Origin: a virus
Lineage: Duplodnaviria > Caudoviricetes
DNA length: 64,000 nt
Reading direction: 5' to 3' (one strand)
Virus record (IMG/VR): IMGVR_UViG_3300037780_000034
Coordinates: 160,001-224,000 of that record
Part shown: positions 8,300 through 18,402 of the stretch, piece by piece
How positions within the stretch are numbered: position 1 is the stretch's first letter
Layout of the letters: each line of letters begins with the position of its first letter
Program-made: the position numbers and the translations under genes
The notes under the pieces: generated by a model
Databases searched by the model: none
Seen by the model: the letters and a program-made list of their open reading frames with translations, nothing else
What the model was told of the DNA's origin: nothing

Positions 8300-10129
8300 A
8301 TGACAGAAAATTTTAAAATATTATCACCGCGTGACCACTCAAGATTGAGAATTGGCATGTATATGGGTTCTGCATCTTTAGAAAAAACAGAACGATTTCT
8401 ACTTGGAAAATGGAAAACAGTAGAATATGTTCCTGCTTTAAATAAAATGATTGATGAAATCATTGATAATTCAATAGATGAAGCTATTAGAACAAACTTT
8501 CAATTTTCAAACAAAATAGATGTTTCAATTGAAGGTGATAAAATAACTGTTACAGACAATGGTAGAGGAATACCACAAGACAATGTAACAGATACTACTA
8601 CTGGTGAAACTATTTTAAGACCCGTTGCGGCTTGGACAAGAACTAACGCAGGAACAAGCTTTACCGACGACAGAACAACGGTAGGAGCAAATGGGGTAGG
8701 TAGCGCGGTAACAAACTACCTAAGCATAGAGTTCTATGGAGAAACTTGGCGTGATGGAAACCTTGTCATAGTAGAGTGTTTTGACGGATCAAATACAATC
8801 AATACAAAATTGAAAAAAAGGATAGGAAGTGGAACAAAAGTTTCATTTATTCCAGACTTTAGTTTATTTGGTGTTAACTCATTATCAGAAGTAGATACAA
8901 TCGCACTAGTTGAAGATCGTATTGCAAGCCTTCAAATGGCATTTCCAGAAATTGCATTTAGCTTTAATAAGAAAAAAGTTCAAGAAAACAAAATAAAAAA
9001 GTATGCAGAACTTTTTACTGAAAATGCTAATTCATCAATAATTTACTCACAAACAGATACAGTATCTTTATTCATTGTTTCAAGTGAAGATGGATTTCGT
9101 TCTAATGGATATGTTAACGGAGTAAACACACGACTAGGTGGTTCATATATTGATTTTGTTATAAATGGAATAACAGAAGAATTATCTGTTATGATTAAGA
9201 AAAAGTATAAAATAGAAGTAAACAAAAGCGTAATAAAAAATGGATTAACTTTTGTATCATTTGCAAGAAATTTTAAAAATCCAAAATTCGATTCACAAAC
9301 AAAAGAAAGATTGACTAATACGCAATCAGAAGTAAAAGATCATTGGGAAAAATCTGGAATAAATGATTTTAACTACTTTGCAAAAAAGATAATGGCATCC
9401 AATGACATTATTGAACCAATCATTGATGCACAATTAGCAAAAAAACTTGCAGCAGATAAAAGAGCAGCAACATTAGCACAAAAGAAACTAAAAAAAGTAA
9501 AGGTTGCTAAACACATTGCAGCAAACAATAATAAAGCTACCTTGTTCTTATGTGAGGGCGATTCTGCATTGGGTTCATTTTTGAAAGTTCGTGATCCTTC
9601 CAAAGCAGGTGGTTATCCTTTGCGTGGTGTCATTTTAAATACTTGGGATATGAAACCATCTGATATATTAAAAAACAAAGAATTAAGCGAATTAATTTCA
9701 GTTCTTGGATTAGACATAACTGATCCGGATAGTGTTGATGATATGAATTACGCAAATATTGCAACACTTACCGACTCCGACCATGACGGAATTGGACATA
9801 TTGCACCATTATTGCTTGCATTTTTCTATAAATTTTGGCCTAAGCTATTTATTCAAAAGAAAGTTCATATTACCCGAACACCAATATTGATTTCAACTAA
9901 TAATAAAGAAACCAAATGGTTTTATGATTATGTCACTGCAAACACATTTAAAGAAAATTCAAGTGGATATCATCATAGATACATCAAAGGTCTTGCATCC
10001 TTAACAACGGAAGAGTATGATGATATCATAAATAAGCCGGTTTTGGATACAATAATAATAAATGAAGAGAACTGGTTTGAAGTGATGTTTGGAAAAGAAT
10101 CAACATTAAGAAAAGAATTTTTGGTATAA
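8300..10129 (+). CDS. Type II DNA topoisomerase large subunit (T4 gp39+gp60 fused, GyrB-like)
   Basis: GHKL motifs EIIDNSIDE, DNGRGIP, GANGVGS; TOPRIM EGDSA, PLRG, DSDHDG; YIKGL. Confidence 0.95.
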   Translation: MTENFKILSPRDHSRLRIGMYMGSASLEKTERFLLGKWKTVEYVPALNKMIDEIIDNSIDEAIRTNFQFSNKIDVSIEGDKITVTDNGRGIPQDNVTDTTTGETILRPVAAWTRTNAGTSFTDDRTTVGANGVGSAVTNYLSIEFYGETWRDGNLVIVECFDGSNTINTKLKKRIGSGTKVSFIPDFSLFGVNSLSEVDTIALVEDRIASLQMAFPEIAFSFNKKKVQENKIKKYAELFTENANSSIIYSQTDTVSLFIVSSEDGFRSNGYVNGVNTRLGGSYIDFVINGITEELSVMIKKKYKIEVNKSVIKNGLTFVSFARNFKNPKFDSQTKERLTNTQSEVKDHWEKSGINDFNYFAKKIMASNDIIEPIIDAQLAKKLAADKRAATLAQKKLKKVKVAKHIAANNNKATLFLCEGDSALGSFLKVRDPSKAGGYPLRGVILNTWDMKPSDILKNKELSELISVLGLDITDPDSVDDMNYANIATLTDSDHDGIGHIAPLLLAFFYKFWPKLFIQKKVHITRTPILISTNNKETKWFYDYVTANTFKENSSGYHHRYIKGLASLTTEEYDDIINKPVLDTIIINEENWFEVMFGKESTLRKEFLV

Positions 10130-10140
10130 TAGGAAAAATA

Positions 10141-11454
10141 ATGAAAAGTAAAACATATACAATTCTTGATATTGCAAAAAATGAATGGCGCGAATTTGCA
10201 ATGTATACTATTGAAAACCGTGCAATTCCCAGTATGATTGACGGTTTAAAACCATCACAGCGTATGTATTTATACAGTTCGTTAAAAAATTCTGCAAAAG
10301 ACTTTAGGAAAGTTAGTGCAATTGCTGGTGTTGTTAGTGATTATGGATATGCTCACGGTGAAACCAGTGTTTCTTCTACTGGTCAACTAATGGCAGCAGA
10401 ATGGAATAACAATTTGTGCATCATTGAAGGTCGGGGAAGCTTTGGAACTAGGCTTATTCAAGAAGCAGGCGCACCACGATATGTTTACACTCGTGTTCAT
10501 AAAAACTTTTATAATTATGTAAAAGATTTAGAGTTATCACCTACTCACCCCGATCCAGAGCATGAACCCCCACGATTTTATATTCCTATAATTCCACTGG
10601 TCCTTGTAAATGGTGCAAAAGGAATTGCTACTGGATTTGCAACAAATATTCTTCCAAGACATATCAATGATGTAAAAAAAGCTTGTATTGAATATATTAA
10701 AACTAAAAATATAAAAAACAAAATTCCTGTTTCGTTCCCTCAATTTACGGGAACAACTGAGTATGATGCTTCAAATAATAAGTTTATATGCAATGGTGTC
10801 TTTAAAAGAATTGGCAAAACCAGATTAGTTATAACTGATGTTCCATATGGATATGATCGTGAAACTTATGTAAAGGTTTTAGATACCCTTGAAGAAAATA
10901 ATATAATCGTATCATATGAAGATAAATGTTCTTCAAAAGGCTTTGAATTTGATGTAAAATTAAAAAACCAAACTGGTGAATGGTCAGATGAAAAGATTTT
11001 AAAAGAATTTAAATTATCTAAAACACATTCTGAAAACATTACTGTAATTGATCAAGATTCAAAATTAAAAGAATATTCTGATGAAAGAGAACTTATTAAG
11101 GATTTTTGCGATTATCGTATGAACATTTTGCAAAAACGAATTGATAAAAACTTGGAACAATGTAAAGAAGAAATTCGTTGGTTAACTGTTAAAAAAGAAT
11201 TTATTATCGCTGTTCTTGAAAATAAAATACAATTCAAAAACAAGAAAAAAGATGAAATAGAAAAATTAATAACAAAACATACTTCTGCAACTGACAAAGA
11301 TTTTGATAGACTTTTCAGGATAGTTATGCTATCATTGACAAGTGAACAAGTAAACAAGTTAGAAACAGATATAGAAAATATCAAAAATGAAATGCTTTTT
11401 TGGAACTCAACTACTCCAACAGATCAATTTATTTTTGATCTAAATAATATATAA
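10141..11454 (+). CDS. Type II DNA topoisomerase medium subunit (T4 gp52, GyrA-like)
   Basis: RAIPSMIDGLKPSQR, YAHGE, PRY catalytic Tyr, GIATGFATNILP. Confidence 0.95.
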   Translation: MKSKTYTILDIAKNEWREFAMYTIENRAIPSMIDGLKPSQRMYLYSSLKNSAKDFRKVSAIAGVVSDYGYAHGETSVSSTGQLMAAEWNNNLCIIEGRGSFGTRLIQEAGAPRYVYTRVHKNFYNYVKDLELSPTHPDPEHEPPRFYIPIIPLVLVNGAKGIATGFATNILPRHINDVKKACIEYIKTKNIKNKIPVSFPQFTGTTEYDASNNKFICNGVFKRIGKTRLVITDVPYGYDRETYVKVLDTLEENNIIVSYEDKCSSKGFEFDVKLKNQTGEWSDEKILKEFKLSKTHSENITVIDQDSKLKEYSDERELIKDFCDYRMNILQKRIDKNLEQCKEEIRWLTVKKEFIIAVLENKIQFKNKKKDEIEKLITKHTSATDKDFDRLFRIVMLSLTSEQVNKLETDIENIKNEMLFWNSTTPTDQFIFDLNNI

Positions 11455-11490
11455 TAAATATGGTGATAACATAATAAAAGGTAAATCATA

Positions 11491-11796
11491 ATGTCATCAC
11501 CGCCAAAATTTACAGTATTATCAAGCTGGAACGATTCCTCAAACTTTAATAAGTTTAATTATATTTTTATATTAGAATTTACAGATTATGATGATATAAA
11601 AGACCCATATGACCAAGTAAACAGACTGTTTAAAAAAAATAAAAAAAGTCTTGAAAAACATTTGGAAAATTATGGAACTAAAGATATAGATTGGACTTTA
11701 GGAAAACATAGAGGAAATTATACATATGGTTCAGCATTGATACTACGATTTAAAGATAAGTTTAATGCATTAGCATTTATGTTAGAATATGTATAA
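11491..11796 (+). CDS. Hypothetical protein
   Basis: 101-aa ORF with AAGG SD; AATAAATA late-like element at 11453-11460. Confidence 0.55.
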   Translation: MSSPPKFTVLSSWNDSSNFNKFNYIFILEFTDYDDIKDPYDQVNRLFKKNKKSLEKHLENYGTKDIDWTLGKHRGNYTYGSALILRFKDKFNALAFMLEYV

Positions 11797-11810
11797 AATA
11801 AGGATATAAA

Positions 11811-12215
11811 ATGGAAAATATAGATATAAATAAATACTCGCAATTTGTAGACAGTGTATTGAGTTCACAAAGTAAAAATTTAGAAGACTTTATACAGTCA
11901 TTAAGAAACATACAAGAACAAGGTGTAAGTCCATCATTGCTTGACACCGCTGCAACTGGATTAGCTGGCGAAGGTGGTGAATTCAATGATATCGTTAAAA
12001 AGCTGTTTTTTCAAGGAAAACCATTAACAGATGAAGTTAAAACACACTTAAAAAAAGAATTAGGTGATGTAATCTTTTATTGGATAGTTGCTTGCCAAGC
12101 ATTGAACGTAGACCCTATGGAAATTATTTCAACCAATCATCAAAAATTAAGTGCAAGATATCCTGATGGATTTTCTGAACATCGTTCTAATAACAAGGCA
12201 AAAGACGATATATGA
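11811..12215 (+). CDS. mazG: MazG-like NTP pyrophosphohydrolase
   Basis: GLAGEGGEFNDIVKK...LKKELGDV...KLSARYPDGF. Confidence 0.9.
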   Translation: MENIDINKYSQFVDSVLSSQSKNLEDFIQSLRNIQEQGVSPSLLDTAATGLAGEGGEFNDIVKKLFFQGKPLTDEVKTHLKKELGDVIFYWIVACQALNVDPMEIISTNHQKLSARYPDGFSEHRSNNKAKDDI

Positions 12216-12445
12216 AACAAAAAAACAACGAGATAGATGAAAAAATAGATTCACTTATTGCTCGTAGAGAAGAAATTCAAAAAAAGCAATTAATTATATA
12301 TTCAAATAATATGTCTAATCAATTGTTTGATCAGTTAAAAAATCAGTTAGAACTCATAGAACTTGATTTAAATCATTATATGGGTTTAAAAAAATATGCA
12401 ATTGATCAGAAAAAAGACGAAAGTGATAGTTTAGATATCGAATAA
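12212..12445 (+). CDS. Hypothetical coiled-coil protein
   Basis: 77-aa ORF translationally coupled on both sides. Confidence 0.6.
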   Translation: MKQKNNEIDEKIDSLIARREEIQKKQLIIYSNNMSNQLFDQLKNQLELIELDLNHYMGLKKYAIDQKKDESDSLDIE

Positions 12446-12954
12446 TGTATATTAATAAATGTAATCAATATGTATTAGATGAAAATGACGCATTAAACAT
12501 ATTGTTGTCAGGTTCAGAAATTAATGAGATTGTAACAGAAGATATGAGTTGGGTAGAAACATTCAACTCATATTCTTCATTGTTTGAACTAGATAAAAAA
12601 ATTAAAGCAAGTTTACCATCTTCTGATAAAGAAAAATATATAAACCAATGTATCAACAATTGGAATATTCCAGAAGAATATTCTAATATTGATGTTTACG
12701 ATTATATAATATCGTTGTGTTCTACACAAGAAGAAAAAGATAGAGTTGAATATGAATTAACTTTATATAAAGAAAAAGAGTTGTATAACCTTTTAAAATT
12801 TTTAATATATTTTGTTGATACATTAAGAAAAAATAAAGTATTATGGGGGGTTGGTCGTGGAAGTTCAACTTCCAGCTATGTTCTTTATTTAATAGGAATA
12901 CATCGTGTTAACTCAATAAAATATGATTTAGATATAGGAGAATTTTTAAAATGA
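12445..12954 (+). CDS. Truncated DNA polymerase III alpha (DnaE)-like protein
   Basis: DRVEYELTLY...WGVGRGSSTSSYVLYLIGIH...KYDLDIGEFL resembles the DnaE GRGS region; it ends before the catalytic DxD. Confidence 0.75.
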   Translation: MYINKCNQYVLDENDALNILLSGSEINEIVTEDMSWVETFNSYSSLFELDKKIKASLPSSDKEKYINQCINNWNIPEEYSNIDVYDYIISLCSTQEEKDRVEYELTLYKEKELYNLLKFLIYFVDTLRKNKVLWGVGRGSSTSSYVLYLIGIHRVNSIKYDLDIGEFLK

Positions 12955-13325
12955 GTAGAGTAGTAAAAAGTGTTATGGGAAAGAAGATTGATATGGCTTC
13001 TATTTCCAAACAAAATGAAGAAACTGTTGCAGTAAGTAATGTATATATGAATGCACGCGGCGATATACTTAATGCTGAAAGAAAAAAAGTTATACCAGTA
13101 AGTAAAGTTGCAAGAGTTCAGCATAATTTATCAGAACCATCTGAAACTATGGGAATATCAGAGACTGCACAGTTAGATAAATCTACAAAAAAGAAAAAAT
13201 TACCAGAAAAAGAACCAAAGAGAATGGTAATTGAAAGAGTAGAAAAAGTAGATGAAGATGGAAATTCATATGTTGAAATAGAATATGACGATGGCAGTAT
13301 TGAAGTAATAAAGGACAAAAAATAA
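12951..13325 (+). CDS. Hypothetical protein
   Basis: 124-aa ORF, SVMGKKIDM...NARGD pattern, overlaps neighbours. Confidence 0.6.
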   Translation: MSRVVKSVMGKKIDMASISKQNEETVAVSNVYMNARGDILNAERKKVIPVSKVARVQHNLSEPSETMGISETAQLDKSTKKKKLPEKEPKRMVIERVEKVDEDGNSYVEIEYDDGSIEVIKDKK

Positions 13326-13326
13326 T

Positions 13327-13635
13327 ATGAAAACATTCAAACCACTAAAAGATAAAGTAGCAGGAAAAATGATTGATGGATTTGGAATCAAAAAAACTGC
13401 TGGCGGATTGTTAATAAATGAAAAAGATGGTGTGGAAACATCTATAAGACCACGGTGGTTTCAAGTTACACATATAGGTGACGAAAACACAGATTTTAAG
13501 GTTGGCGATTATATATTGGTAGCACATGGTAGATGGACGCGAGGATTTACTATTGACAATTCAGATGATTCCAAGTATTATGTAGTTGATTTGGATGAGA
13601 TATTAGGAATTTCAGATAAAAACCCATTATACTAA
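13327..13635 (+). CDS. groES: Co-chaperonin GroES-like
   Basis: KPLKDKV...KTAGGLLI mobile loop...VGDYIL; about 100 aa. Confidence 0.8.
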   Translation: MKTFKPLKDKVAGKMIDGFGIKKTAGGLLINEKDGVETSIRPRWFQVTHIGDENTDFKVGDYILVAHGRWTRGFTIDNSDDSKYYVVDLDEILGISDKNPLY

Positions 13636-13648
13636 ATTAGGATAAAAA

Positions 13649-14575
13649 ATGATTAAACAAATTTGGACTGAAAAATATAGACCTACAAAAGTGAGTGATT
13701 ATGCTTTTCGTGATGATAAACTAAAAAAGCAAGTTGAAGGTTGGATAAATTCAAAGTCTATACCCCATATACTTTTAGCTGGACCTGCTGGAACTGGCAA
13801 AACAAGTTTGGCAAAAGTTCTTATAAACGAATTGGAAGTAGATGAAGCAGATGTTTTAAGAATAAATGCAAGTAAAGATAATGGTGTTGACACTATAAGA
13901 AGAAAAATAACTTCATTTAGTGAATCTATGCCTTGGGGAGATTTTAAAATAATTCTGCTTGATGAAGCAGATTATCTATCACAAGAAGCACAATCAGCAC
14001 TTCGTGCAACTATTGAAAATTATTCCAACGTAGTTAGATACATTCTTACTTGTAATTATCCTAATATGATAATTCCAGCACTTCATAGTAGGTGTCAGTC
14101 TATATTTTTAGATCAAATGGAAGAAACTGAATTTGCAGTAAAAGTAGCAGAAATATTAGTTGAAGAAAATATTGAATTTGAAATAGGTCTATTAGATACA
14201 TATGTAAGAGCCACATATCCAGACTTGCGTAAAGCAATTAATTCTGTAGAACAAAATTCAATAGATGGAAAATTGAAATCGCCAGATAGTGGTGATAGTT
14301 CTTCAAGTGAATGGAAATTAAAAATGGTTTCTCTTTTTCGTGAAGGAAAAATACGCGAAGCAAGACAACATATATGTAAGCATATTCGCCCAGATGAATA
14401 TACTGAAATATTTCAATTTTTATATAGAAACTTAGATTTTTTTGGAAGCACATTGGAATCGCAGGATGAAGCAATTATTAAAATTCGTGACGGAATGGTA
14501 AAGCATACTCAATGTGCCGATCCAGAAATTAATCTTAGTGCAACAATAATTCAGTTAGAAAAAATAGGAAAATAA
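13649..14575 (+). CDS. Clamp loader AAA+ subunit (T4 gp44 / RFC small subunit-like)
   Basis: WTEKYRP, GPAGTGKTS, INASKDNG, LLDEADYL, SRC motif. Confidence 0.93.
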   Translation: MIKQIWTEKYRPTKVSDYAFRDDKLKKQVEGWINSKSIPHILLAGPAGTGKTSLAKVLINELEVDEADVLRINASKDNGVDTIRRKITSFSESMPWGDFKIILLDEADYLSQEAQSALRATIENYSNVVRYILTCNYPNMIIPALHSRCQSIFLDQMEETEFAVKVAEILVEENIEFEIGLLDTYVRATYPDLRKAINSVEQNSIDGKLKSPDSGDSSSSEWKLKMVSLFREGKIREARQHICKHIRPDEYTEIFQFLYRNLDFFGSTLESQDEAIIKIRDGMVKHTQCADPEINLSATIIQLEKIGK

Positions 14576-14576
14576 A

Positions 14577-15020
14577 ATGGCAAAATATGTAGGACATTCA
14601 TATAGTAGATGTATATTAGATATATATGAAGGTAATGTAAACTATAATGATATAGCAGTTATCATAACAAGAACAAGATTTGATCCTCTTAATTTGGAAC
14701 ATTGGGAAAAAATATGGGATGGATATAGTTCATTATTTTCAAGTAGTGCTTCCAATTGGTATGAGTATCGTGATGATACAGATGCTAAAAAGCAATTTTA
14801 TGAAATAACTGTAATGCTTCATAACGATGGCTTGTTACATCAACCAAGAAATTTTGGAAGCAGTAGCGCATGGTCTTCTCCGTATGTTTGGTCAAAAATA
14901 GAACCAGTAAATTATGAAGAAATGAAGAAAAGTGATGGAGAAAAATGGGGATTACCTACTAAAAATAAAAAAATGTCAGATACCGAGTTTGACAAAGTAA
15001 TACAACAATTTGGATTTTAA
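14577..15020 (+). CDS. Hypothetical protein
   Basis: 147-aa ORF packed 1 nt after the clamp loader. Confidence 0.6.
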   Translation: MAKYVGHSYSRCILDIYEGNVNYNDIAVIITRTRFDPLNLEHWEKIWDGYSSLFSSSASNWYEYRDDTDAKKQFYEITVMLHNDGLLHQPRNFGSSSAWSSPYVWSKIEPVNYEEMKKSDGEKWGLPTKNKKMSDTEFDKVIQQFGF

Positions 15021-15021
15021 T

Positions 15022-16482
15022 ATGGTTACTATAAATCTAATACAAGGCGATTGTTTAGATCAGTTAAAAAAACTTGATGATAACAGCGTTGATAGTATTG
15101 TTACTGATCCTCCTGCTGGAATTTCCTTTATGAATAAAGGATGGGATAGTGATAAAGGCGGGAGAGACCAATGGATTTTATGGATGGGAGATATTGCCAA
15201 AGAATGTAACCGTGTTTTAAAACCAGGTGGTCACGCTTTGGTATGGGCCTTGCCAAGAACATCACATTGGACAGGTATGGCTTGGGAAAATGGCGGATTT
15301 GAAGTTCGTGATAAAGTTGCACATATATTTGGAACTGGATTTCCAAAATCTATGGATATAAGTAAATCTATAGATGCACATTTTGGTAAAACACGAACAG
15401 TAAAAAAAGGTATAAAACCCGGTCACGAAGAATTTGTAAACAGAACTACAAAAGGCCATTTAGAAGGAGTTAATGGTGAAAAAGCTTGGAAACGTCCTTG
15501 GATGGAAAGTGAAAATGCAAGCGATTATCACTATGATTTTGAACCTGCAACAGATGAATCTAAACAATGGACCGGATGGGGGACAAATTTGAAACCAGCA
15601 ATGGAAGATTGGTGGTTATTGCGTAAACCCATAAGTGAAAAAACTATTGCTGAAAATGTGCTAAAATATGGAACAGGTGGTATTAATATTGATGAAAGCC
15701 GAATACCTATAAATCCAGAAGTAGATGATCCACGACTTGGCGGAAATGGAACTTGGAAAACTGATGGTATGGCAAAAAATGTTTATGCAGGTGGATATTC
15801 AGGTAAAGAAAATGGATCAAGTGTATTGGGCAGATTTCCTAGTAATATAATTCATGACGGCAGTGATGAAGTAATTTCTCTTTTTCCAGAAAGTAAAGGC
15901 CAACAAGGAGACGTAAAAGGTTCAGAACCATCACATACTGGCCAAAATGGTATATATGGCGAATATGGAAGAGTAGAATCACAGAAGCGTAACGATAGTG
16001 GAAGTGCTGCAAGGTTCTTTTATTGTGCTAAAGCTTCACAAAGCGATAGAAATGAAGGATTAGAAGATTTTGAAGAAAAATCTATAGGAAGAAAAGGAAA
16101 TGGAATTCGTAGAATATGTGCTACCTGTGGGGTTCAAAGTCTTGAAGCGCACTTGTGTAAGTGTGATGAAAAAAATTGGATTAATCCTCCAACAAAAAAG
16201 AACAATCATCCTACTGTAAAGAATACAGAACTTATGAAATATCTAGTTCGTATGATAACTCCACCAAATGGAACAGTGTTAGACCCGTTTATGGGAAGTG
16301 GTTCTACCGGAAAAGCAGCAGTTCGTTGTGGTTTTAGTTTTGTTGGAATTGAATTAGAAAAAGAATATTTTGATATTGCAAAAGCACGTATTGAATACGC
16401 TCGTGATAATCCAGAAAAAACAAAAAAGCAAAAAAAGAAAAAAGAAAATATTAAAGATTTACCAAGCGATTTGTTTGAATAG
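15022..16482 (+). CDS. DNA amino-methyltransferase (N6-A/N4-C, beta class)
   Basis: Motif IV variant TDPPA near the N-terminus, HPTVK, motif I LDPFMGSGST near the C-terminus. Confidence 0.88.
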   Translation: MVTINLIQGDCLDQLKKLDDNSVDSIVTDPPAGISFMNKGWDSDKGGRDQWILWMGDIAKECNRVLKPGGHALVWALPRTSHWTGMAWENGGFEVRDKVAHIFGTGFPKSMDISKSIDAHFGKTRTVKKGIKPGHEEFVNRTTKGHLEGVNGEKAWKRPWMESENASDYHYDFEPATDESKQWTGWGTNLKPAMEDWWLLRKPISEKTIAENVLKYGTGGINIDESRIPINPEVDDPRLGGNGTWKTDGMAKNVYAGGYSGKENGSSVLGRFPSNIIHDGSDEVISLFPESKGQQGDVKGSEPSHTGQNGIYGEYGRVESQKRNDSGSAARFFYCAKASQSDRNEGLEDFEEKSIGRKGNGIRRICATCGVQSLEAHLCKCDEKNWINPPTKKNNHPTVKNTELMKYLVRMITPPNGTVLDPFMGSGSTGKAAVRCGFSFVGIELEKEYFDIAKARIEYARDNPEKTKKQKKKKENIKDLPSDLFE

Positions 16483-16494
16483 GATAAAAATAAA

Positions 16495-16920
16495 ATGATA
16501 TTAACTATCAACAATGAACCTCTTTTATTTTCAATAGAAAATATAGAAAAAATATGTAAAGCAAAAGATGCAAAATATGTATGTGATACTACATTAAAAA
16601 ATGGAAAAGATTGCTCAATATTTTATGCAAAAGAACCTCATCCTGAAAGTAATAGCAGATATTTTGGAATGTATTATGTTAAAAATGATATTTATATATG
16701 CAATGCATCAGACGTAGAAGATCAACAAATAACAGGTGTCATTGCAGACAACGGTGATATAATTTATAGTAGATTTCGTCACGATTATAGAAAAAGTGAT
16801 GACGGTAGTGTATGGATAGATGGTGGACGTGATTATACTAGATGTGGAATGTATGACAAATCAAAATTCGTTGAACTTAGAGTAAAAAATGGAAGTTTGT
16901 CTATAGAAAAATCCTCTTGA
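16495..16920 (+). CDS. Conserved phage hypothetical protein
   Basis: YSRFRHDY...WIDGGRDY motif. Confidence 0.6.
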   Translation: MILTINNEPLLFSIENIEKICKAKDAKYVCDTTLKNGKDCSIFYAKEPHPESNSRYFGMYYVKNDIYICNASDVEDQQITGVIADNGDIIYSRFRHDYRKSDDGSVWIDGGRDYTRCGMYDKSKFVELRVKNGSLSIEKSS

Positions 16921-16945
16921 CAATCATAGGAAAATATGGTAGTAT
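16917..16945 (+). promoter_or_regulatory. Sigma70-like promoter
   Basis: TTGACA-N17-TAGTAT with extended -10 TG; the -35 overlaps the upstream TGA stop. Confidence 0.8.
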
Positions 16946-16970
16946 TAAATCTTAACAAAAGGACAAGATT

Positions 16971-17189
16971 ATGAAACTAAACATTGAAATTGACTGCACA
17001 CCAGAAGAACTTCAAGAACTATTTATTCCAGGTGAAAAACAAACTGAATTCTTGACAAAATTTGTAAATTCACTAAGTGAACAAATGCAGGAAAATGTAT
17101 ACAAAAATTATCCAGATTTTATGAATGATATGTTATCTACTATTCAAAAAAATCAAGAACAATTTTTCAAAAATTTTAATAAAAACTAA
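16971..17189 (+). CDS. Small protein resembling the DUF6489 family
   Basis: MKLNIEIDCTPEE N-terminus recalled from alphaproteobacterial DUF6489 proteins (not searched). Confidence 0.5.
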   Translation: MKLNIEIDCTPEELQELFIPGEKQTEFLTKFVNSLSEQMQENVYKNYPDFMNDMLSTIQKNQEQFFKNFNKN

Positions 17190-17206
17190 AATATAGGAGC
17201 AAGCCG

Positions 17207-17806
17207 ATGTATGTCAAAATAGGGCCTTACAAAAGCTGGTTTGGACCATTTCAATTAGCAGAAACTTTACTGTTTTGGATGGATACAGATAGTGATTTTG
17301 TTTACAAGTTCGGAAATTGGCTTGCTCATAGAAAATTTAAGATAGATTTAACCAACGAAGAAGAAAACCATAAAACTTATTTGTATAAATTTATGCTATG
17401 GGTTGACATAAAAAATAAAAGAAAAATCAAAGTAAAAATTGATAATTATGATTTATGGAGTATGGACTCGACTCTTGCCTATATTATACTTCCTATGCTA
17501 AAAAAAATTAAAAATGAAAAACACGGAACTCCTTTTGTAGATAATCAAGATGTTCCAGAATACCTTCATTCTTCTAAAGAAGAAATTGATGAACTTAATT
17601 ATGAAGGTATTACCGATGAAAAGTTTATTAAACGTTGGGAATGGGTTTTAGATGAAATTATTTTTTCTTTTGAAAGTATAGTAGATGATAGTTGGCAAGA
17701 TACATTATATGAAAAAAGAGATTTTGAAACATTGAAAAATACGGAAAAAAGAATTAGTAATGGTTTAATTCTTTTTGGAAAGTATTATAGATCACTGTGG
17801 ACGTAA
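17207..17806 (+). CDS. Conserved T4-like hypothetical protein
   Basis: KIDNYDLWSMDSTLAYIILPML...KHGTP.VD..DVP pattern; AGGAG SD. Confidence 0.65.
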   Translation: MYVKIGPYKSWFGPFQLAETLLFWMDTDSDFVYKFGNWLAHRKFKIDLTNEEENHKTYLYKFMLWVDIKNKRKIKVKIDNYDLWSMDSTLAYIILPMLKKIKNEKHGTPFVDNQDVPEYLHSSKEEIDELNYEGITDEKFIKRWEWVLDEIIFSFESIVDDSWQDTLYEKRDFETLKNTEKRISNGLILFGKYYRSLWT

Positions 17807-17807
17807 A

Positions 17808-18089
17808 ATGTATAAAATTTTAATTTTTTCATTTTTGGTTGACGAACATGAAGTATACCATGCACGGGACACCGGAATGTATGATTTAATTGCAAAATCA
17901 ATAAAAGATTGGTATACAAACACAGAAATAGGTCAATGGTGTTATGAAAATAAAATTAATCCATATTATGATTTGCCACACAGACGCATAGAAACTATGC
18001 AACTAAAAATTAATTTTTATGTAGATATTCCGCATGAATTAAAAGCAGAATATGATAAGATTAATTTTTTTGATAAATTGATAAACTAA
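17808..18089 (+). CDS. Hypothetical protein
   Basis: ORF immediately after the previous stop. Confidence 0.55.
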   Translation: MYKILIFSFLVDEHEVYHARDTGMYDLIAKSIKDWYTNTEIGQWCYENKINPYYDLPHRRIETMQLKINFYVDIPHELKAEYDKINFFDKLIN

Positions 18090-18102
18090 GATTGGAGACA
18101 TT

Positions 18103-18402
18103 ATGTTTGAAACTGAAATACAAAAAACCGAACTATTGAATTACTTAAAAGAAGGCAATGTGAAAATTCAATTTAAGAAAGTTAATGGAGAAATTCGTGA
18201 AATGAATTGCACATTAAATGAAAATGTTGTTAATGGAGGAAATTTGATAGAATCTTCAAAGACATCTAAAAAGAAAAACCCAGATGTCATTGCAGTATGG
18301 GATATTGAAATGAACGGCTGGCGCAGTATGCGTTGGGAAAACATTATAAAGGTAGATATATATGAACAATTTGAAACAACTAACTTGGGAAGCACATCAT
18401 AA
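18103..18402 (+). CDS. SH3/WYL_2-like (DUF2693-like) phage protein
   Basis: FKKVNGEIREMNCTL...VWDIEMNGWRSMRWENI; GGAG SD. Confidence 0.65.
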   Translation: MFETEIQKTELLNYLKEGNVKIQFKKVNGEIREMNCTLNENVVNGGNLIESSKTSKKKNPDVIAVWDIEMNGWRSMRWENIIKVDIYEQFETTNLGSTS

